From the NCBI RefSeq assembly GCF_006345805.1, contig NC_043004.1:22444001-22508000 (forward strand): a DNA stretch of 64,000 bases. The letters are read 5' to 3'. The notes beneath the pieces were generated by a model that saw only the letters and a list, made by a program, of their open reading frames with translations, ran no database searches and was not told where the DNA came from. Below, one piece after another: positions 55,655 through 64,000 of this stretch. Made by a program: the position numbers and the translations under genes. The stretch comes from Octopus sinensis (taxonomy: Eukaryota). Within the stretch, counting starts at the first letter, position 1. Each line of letters opens with the position of its first letter.

Positions 55655-55873
55655 GAATATAAACAAGAAGGTTAGTAATAATTAGTTACTACCAGGTGCC
55701 CAGCACAAAAGACGAATTAGTCATAAGACAAAATATTAATCATAAAGAAAAATATTATTCATGTAGTAATACAATTAAGGGCTCCTAAATTAGGATACCG
55801 AGTACTGGGAACACAGAAGGGAGATGAATTTATCGAGAGTGAAAATCAAAAACGTTTACCGATAACTTTACAC

Positions 55874-55947
55874 CTCGGACTGATCAGTTTCTGCCTCTTT
55901 CTAGCAAAACACAGAATATGTTTGCTAAGGCTGGCTTCATCAACGAG
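55874..55947 (-). ncRNA. Hammerhead ribozyme motif, inverted near-identical copy of 56401-56474
   Basis: Reverse complement of 56401-56474. Confidence 0.72.
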
Positions 55948-56400
55948 TCGCCTAAATTGAATCGAGGTCTGCAGCGATGTGAGACCATGTGTTGATCTCG
56001 ACTACTAGCAGATCTTAACTTTTCAAATCTCTGCGCAGACGCAAAAGTTACACGGCAGTATAGGGCATGCCGGGAAGAATTTTACGAATAAATTCATCAA
56101 GTAATATGCGAATATAAACAAGAAGGGTAGTAATAATTAGTTACTACCAGGTGCCCAGCACAAAAGACGAATTAGTCATAAGACAAAATATTAATCATAA
56201 AGAAAAATATTATTCATGTAGTAATACAATTAAGGGCTCCTAAATTAGGATGCCGAGTACTGGGAACACACTTCCCGGCATGCCCTATACTGCCGTGTAA
56301 GTTTTGCGTCTGCGCAGAGATTTGAAAAGTTAAGATCTGCTAGTAGTCGAGATCAACATATGGTCTCACATCGCTGCAGACCTCGATTCAATTTAGGCGA

Positions 56401-56474
56401 CTCGTTGATGAAGCCAGCCTTAGCAAACATATTCTGTGTTTTGCTAGAAAGAGGCAGAAACTGATCAGTCCGAG
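56401..56474 (+). ncRNA. Hammerhead ribozyme motif (U3 variant) with extended helix II
   Basis: ctcg-TTGATGA-aGCC...TAGCAAA...TTTGCTA...GGCa-GAAA(56457-60)-palindrome CTGATCAG-TC(cut after 56470)-cgag. Confidence 0.72.
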
Positions 56475-56599
56475 GTGTAAAGTTATCGGTAAACGTTCTT
56501 GATTTTCACTCTCGATAAATTCATCTCCCTTTTGTGTTCCCAGTACTCGGCATCCTAATTCAGGAGCCCTTAATTGTATATATATATATCCCTTAATTG

Positions 56600-56656
<57 letters not shown>

Positions 56657-56657
56657 T

Positions 56658-56721
<64 letters not shown>

Positions 56722-56732
56722 AATATATCTAT

Positions 56733-56922
56733 GTCTGTGTTTGTCCCGCCAACATCGCTTGATAATCGATATTGATGTATTTACGTCCCCGTAAAATAGC
56801 GGTTCGGCAAAAGAGCCCGATCGAGTAAGTACTAGGTTTACAAAGAATAAATCCTGGGGTCGATTTGCTCGACTAAAGGCTGTACTCCAGCATGGTCTGA
56901 AACAAAGTAAAGAATAAAAGAA
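56733..56922 (+). mobile_element. tRNA-SINE family B 3' half
   Basis: tttgtcccgccaacatcgcttga...cggttcggcaaaagag...ctccagcatgg. Confidence 0.8.
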
Positions 56923-57502
56923 TATATCAATATGTGTCTATATGCGATACATGTATATACATATTATGCATGCATAACTTCAGTCACAGCCTTGGATAAC
57001 TCTTATAATTTTATGTTGAGAAAATAAGACTTACGTATTTGTTATCCTCACTAATTCGGACGATCACCTTTTCACCGAAAATTCTCTATTTATGAGAGAA
57101 CTGTGTAATTGGATGCCAGTAAGCATAATCTGACATGGCACTTTGTTTAACACAGAAACACGTTATTCGTAAGCTTCGTGGTCACATGACGCACATGTAC
57201 GTTATCGAAGAAAGAACACTTTGCTGTAAAGAATGTTCTACATTAATTTGACAGTATGTGGTCAATATGTAATTGAGAATACTGACCTCTTTTATAATAC
57301 TTAAACCTTCGACAATCTGAAATCGCCTATACTCCAGATGAATGCGAAATAACAAATTTCCTGTCTTTTACTGTATTCTGTTTAAGAGACCACATTCGTT
57401 GAATACTGAATACATAAAACTTATTCAAACTACAACTGTTACATACATATGTATATATGATATATGTATATGAATATATACATATATATATACATATACA
57501 TA

Positions 57503-57550
<48 letters not shown>

Positions 57551-57556
<6 letters not shown>

Positions 57557-57925
57557 AACGGTAGTTTGTCTGTGCGTGTTTCTGTGTGTCTGTTTGCTTG
57601 TACCCTCACCCTGACCACGGCTTTCAACCGATTCTGATGAAACTTGACACACACATAGCCCAATGTCATAATTCAAAACTAACGCAGCGAAAGTTTTGAA
57701 AAGTTCCCCCAGTTCTGAAAAAAATCGATAAATTCGACATGGGGTCGAGAATTAGAAACACAAACCGCAAACTGTCTAGGGGACGCAACTCCACCTTTTT
57801 TAACTAAAAAAAAAATTTACCATCATTTTTTTCCATTGTTTTGCTATTTTTGGCTATAACTCTCTAAAAATGCTTTATAGTTATTTCCCTTACAAACCTG
57901 AGCAACGCCGGGCGATACTGCTAGT
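57551..57925 (+). mobile_element. Non-autonomous Helitron-like element
   Basis: Starts inside a TA tract (ttataaacggtagtttgtc). Ends with a GC-rich subterminal hairpin (cctgagcaacgccggg) followed by CTAGT at 57921-57925. Confidence 0.7.
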
Positions 57926-57934
57926 ATATATATA

Positions 57935-59301
<1,367 letters not shown>

Positions 59302-60306
59302 TATAGATAGATAGATATATATATAGATATACACATACATATATAGGACAAAGCATAAATAATAAATAATGACCATTACATATTTTTTTCGTTATTAGAG
59401 TAAATTTGGCTTACAGCTGTTTCCAGTAGTTACTGAATGGATCTATTGATCAGTTGAGAAAAATTGAATGACCTAAAAGAATTAATGTTACTTTCGTCTG
59501 AGCCATGTCTGGTTATAACGAAACAGAACACTGAAGGGATGGTACGTGCATGGTGTGTGTGTGGGGGTGGAGATGTAAAGTGACAAGTAGAATGGAGAAA
59601 AAGAGTAAGATACGTTACAAAAAGGGGAAGAGAAGGACGGAAATAATAGAGGACGGGGCCACTTAATAGAAGGAGGGAGATAAGATGGCCGAAATTTGGG
59701 AAAAGAACAGGCATAAAACATCTGTGCTTGTAGTTAGGTCAACACACATGAACGTATTTCCATTGTTTTTAGGTTAGATATTCTCCAAATATGTTGAAAT
59801 CTGATATGGGCCATTTACACACTTAGCACTTCCGAGTTGTTTTACAGGGCTTAGAGAAACTGAAGCACTGTTGCAATAATTGTGTGAATCTGAGAGTGAA
59901 ATATGTATTTTCTTTTACCAAAAGTCAGAAATTTTTCAGCACCCCCTCGTAGATTGAGTTATCGAGTGTACTGTACCTTGCTATATCTACAAAGATCTTT
60001 TCACATTAGCTACCAACACTGTGAAATAGATTTAAAACACAAATATGAAGCTACTTCAAAATATGTTTATATATTTCTTTTCCACTTTTCCAACCTCGTC
60101 TCTTTTATACATAGATTGTTATGTATGAAAGTCATGTTATAGTAAATATATTCCTGCAACATTCATGTAAACACATTATTCATTTTTTTATGACAATCCA
60201 TTTTTAAATTAAAGGTCCATATCAAAACAAAATTAAAAGAATTTTAAAGTATTTCCTAGAGAAAAATCCCATACCGAAATTTGTTTTCAGAAGCCATTCT
60301 CTTTGT

Positions 60307-60335
60307 CTATCTATCTATCTATCTATATATATATA

Positions 60336-60412
<77 letters not shown>

Positions 60413-60421
60413 ATGTCTATA

Positions 60422-60508
<87 letters not shown>

Positions 60509-60517
60509 CTATCTATC
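60307..60517. repeat. (TATC)n microsatellite
   Basis: Directly visible. Confidence 0.98.
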
Positions 60518-60894
60518 CCGCATTAAAATTAATTTTTTTGAAATTTTAAGATGTTTCCATTATTTTGTCCAAACCCCGTATATATACTGAGAGAGAAAGA
60601 GAGAGAGAGAGAATTGCTTTTTCACAGATAATCTTCCGGACAGAATGTCTTATTTCCTTGCAAATCTCGAAAAATCTATCAACAAAACTGATTGTTATTC
60701 TCATTTACTCTCCAGATTGTCATGCTTTCAGTCTTTCTTCCTTTCTATCTTTCTCATTCTTGATGAAGGATTCTAGCATTTTGAAACGTCAAAGATTATC
60801 TTTTTTCCGTTAAAGCATCAACCCAATGACTCCTTTGATAAAACTTGCACTTTTCTTCTTGGCCATTCCCCGCAAACCCACGCACACACACATA

Positions 60895-60951
<57 letters not shown>

Positions 60952-60961
60952 ATATATATAT

Positions 60962-61180
60962 ACAACAGAGTAAGCACATAAATGAAAAATAGTACTCGAA
61001 TACCGGAGGTAGTGTAATATGCTTTACTAATAAAGCTACAAAGACATTACAAAAACTGATACTCAGAGTTTCACGTTCCCGTTCGTCAAACATTTTTGTT
61101 TGTGAATCAAAACTGTTCGATGAACAGGAACGTGGGACTCTGAGCAACAGTTTTTGTGATGTCCTTACGCTTTATTAATA
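60962..61180. mobile_element. Penelope-like pseudo-LTR remnant, same family as 53428-53580
   Basis: gagtaa.cacataaatg...agtactc.a.tacc.g.ggtag.gtaatatgcttta shared with 53430-53510; flanked by (TA)n on both sides. Confidence 0.65.
61050..61156. ncRNA. Divergent pair of decayed hammerhead motifs (minus 61050-61098, plus 61108-61156)
   Basis: Minus: TTGACGA-ACG GGAA CGT-GAAA-CTCTGAG-TA-tcagtttttg. Plus: aaaactgt-tcgatga-acaggaacgt-ggga-ctctgag-ca-acagttttt. Same family as 53527/54828. Confidence 0.6.
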
Positions 61181-61182
61181 AC

Positions 61183-61238
<56 letters not shown>

Positions 61239-63736
61239 TTGTGTGTGTTTGTGTGTCTATGTATGTGTGTGTGTGTCTGTATGTATGTGTGTGTATGTGT
61301 GTGTCTATGTATGTATTTATGTGTGTTTTTGTGTGTCTATGCATGTATGTATGTATGTATGTATGTACGTATGTATGTATGTATGTATGTATGTATGTAT
61401 GTATGTGTGTACTTGAGTGTCTGTGTGTGTTTGTGTGAGAGTGATGTGTGTGTACGTGTGTGTATTAAAACTGAGTGTCGTTGCAATTGCTATATGCTTA
61501 AATTCGGGGGAACATTAATTGAATGACTCGATATAAATGTAGCTCAGCATCATAATTAACAAAATAATTAACCAATAATTAACCAAATATATAAATGTAC
61601 GGGATGTTTGTATATGTAGATAGATAGAAAGATAGATAGATAGATTGATAGATAGAATGATAGATAGATAGATAGTTATGCGTGTAAAAATGATTTACTC
61701 GTGTAAATGCTAACATGAATGTAGTTCGGTCATCTAGAAATTAACATCCTGTTCTAAAATTAAGTTAAATACAACAATAAATTATATACACATTATTATC
61801 ATGCCTTTAAACACCTATCTTAATGTCGACATAATGAATTCTAATAAGTACACCACTAGATTTAGAATTGTAATTCTTTATTTGTGTGGACAAAGTGTGA
61901 TAATTAAATTTAATTATATGCACAGTTTATTAATGAGAGCTAATCTCGCAGGCAGAAACAAAACCTAACGTAGCAACATCAAATCTGAATCATTAAAAGC
62001 CTCTGTGATTCATTTACACTTCTTACATTATTTCTCTGTGATATAAATATGATCACAATCTGGATTAGCTTGTAGATGCTGTTCCAATTATCACAAGTAT
62101 TGTCATTGTCGATGTAGATACTTTATCCATTGTCTGGAAGAGAATGTAATTAACTTATAGATCATCTTATGTCATATATATTAAGGCAAAATGGTTCTCA
62201 ATTGATTTATGCTAAAACATTAATTATTTCTAATGAAATTCTCCGTATTTGATGATATCTTGTTTAAAATTATCACACGCATATACACACGCGTGCATAC
62301 AATAATATACAAGAATACACACACATAAAATTGTACCTTTTCTAAGCTGAATAATTTTACACGACCGTAACTCTGAAAAGATTTATTGCTGAAGGTTGGT
62401 ACAGTAATCTGACAATTAGTATCTTCTTTGTATTTCTATCAACACCAAACGACAATCGTTACATTATACTACTATCTCTGCAAACGGCAGATCAATTAGA
62501 GCTCACAGACATTGTAACTAATCGATTCTGTACAATAAAAGTAATGTAACTAATCAGAGTAAAATGGCCTTAAACATCCATTATCATTAATACGTATGAC
62601 ATTGAATAAATAACTTTCTGAATTGTCAAGTGGGGGACATCTGGCAACGATCAGTTGTAAGTAAAGTTTTGTTTGTTAATTTCTATATAGGATCAAGATG
62701 AGGTATTCATAAACATTACCCGAGGATATACCACGAGCCATTTATTGTGTGGCGCAGTGTCAGACATAAATATCTTCCCACTCGTTAATAATATATCATC
62801 ATTTCCTTCATAACCCTTTAATTAATTTCTAGAAAATCTTGTCTATTCTCTTCGATCATGTTTTCTCTTGTAGCCAGTTTTATTAATTTTGTACAAAATA
62901 TTCCGGCCTATTACTATCGTTCATATTTTTCTGTATCATTTCATCATCGGTTCTCATTCTTTCTCTCTAAGCTGCGACATCTAGCTTCATTTCTCGCATT
63001 AATTCCATTCCTTTTCTCCTATGTTAAGGTTTTTGTCATTCTTGCCTCTCCCATCTTTATTCTTATTTTGCCGCTTTGCCCTTTCCCAATCTTCCTATGT
63101 ATCGCCTCTGCCTGCCAGTCTGTTTATTTTCTCTACCTCTCTGTCTTTCCCTTTCTTTTTCTCTCCCTTCATTGCTCACTTTCGTGTTCAATTTTCATTG
63201 TCCTTTGTAATACACCAAACTTGGTTTCTCTTATAAAATAATTTAGGAAGCACTTTCTGTTACATAATTGGTAACTGTACCTAAGATATACGGCTTCATA
63301 TCGTTACGGTTAATATGTAGCTAGTTGAAAAAAAAAACCTATACAGGACATACCGTTGCATACATTTTACGATGGAATTTAGAAACATAATTATGTCTAT
63401 GTGTGCAATTGCCAGTCGCATTTGTTTGAATTACATTTCCCTTTCTCTTCGTTTCCCTCTCTCTCTCTCACGCACACATTCTCTCGCACACGCATTATGC
63501 TACTCTCTCTTTCGGTACTATGCCGGACATTTTACACCGCAAGAATCTAAATTTAGAACTTATAGGTAATTATATATTTCATTTTAAGTGTATCAGTATA
63601 TGTCTATGCGGGCGTTTATGTACATGAGTATGTGTCCGCGTGTGAGTACATGGCTGAATCGTGAATCGGCTAATGTATTTCATATATTGCATAAAATCTA
63701 AAATGTATATGATCATATATATATATATGAAGAGAG

Positions 63737-64000
63737 AAGCACTCCTTCGGTTGCGACGACGACGACGAGAGTCCCAACTGAAAGATCAACGAAACAGCTC
63801 GTGAAATTAGATATGCGAGTGGCTGAACACTCCACAGACGCATGTACACTTAACGTAGTTTTCAGAGATATTCAGCGTGAGAAAGAGTTTGACAAGTCTG
63901 GCCCTTTGAATTACAGGTACTACTCATTTTTGCCAGCTGAGTGGACTGGAGCAACGTGAAATAAAGTGCCTTTTCAAGGACACAACGCGTCGCCAGGAAT
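63737..64000 (-). mobile_element. tRNA-SINE family C (cut by window end)
   Basis: Shares agcact..., aattacaggtactactcat and caaggacacaacgcgtcgcc with 8153-8412. Confidence 0.8.

Larger units (their letters stand above)
55654..56662. mobile_element. Duplicated and inverted hammerhead-bearing unit between (TA)n tracts
   Basis: A (55654-55815), B (55816-56077), spacer, A' (56109-56270), then reverse complement of 55768-56077 at 56271-56579. Confidence 0.85.

Noticed and set aside
57636-57650. ctgatgaaac in the Helitron-like element; also lone ctgatga at about 7127 and 20953
   Set aside because: No helix II or flanking helix I; chance matches.
62858-63241. 127-aa hydrophobic ORF
   Set aside because: Pyrimidine-rich low-complexity DNA yields F/S/L bias; no real membrane-protein pattern recognised.

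Overview
AT-rich, repeat-dense eukaryotic DNA. It is most likely from an octopus or another coleoid cephalopod, inferred from the tRNA-derived SINE families and extreme microsatellite density; no database search was run. I cannot support any host protein-coding exon. Almost all listed ORFs are microsatellite translations, and those with real protein motifs are decayed transposon pieces. Recognisable elements: a near full-length degenerate DD34D mariner (57935-59175), a maT-like Tc1/mariner (18713-19908), an L1/Tx1-type LINE ORF2 fragment (40400-41600), an RTE LINE 3' fragment (42822-43310), an R4/Dong-like RLE retrotransposon fragment (25340-25976), two Helitron-like elements, three tRNA-SINE families and several foldback elements. 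The main unannotated signal is about ten minimal type-I hammerhead ribozyme motifs (CUGANGA...GAAA-palindrome-UH) from several sequence families, some intact and some decayed. They lie in short modules next to (TA)n tracts, often as inverted pairs, as expected for Penelope-like pseudo-LTRs or non-LTR retrozymes. The best example is a duplicated and inverted 455-bp ribozyme-bearing unit at 55654-56662. A second theme is repeated local foldback inversion, often anchored on (TA)n.
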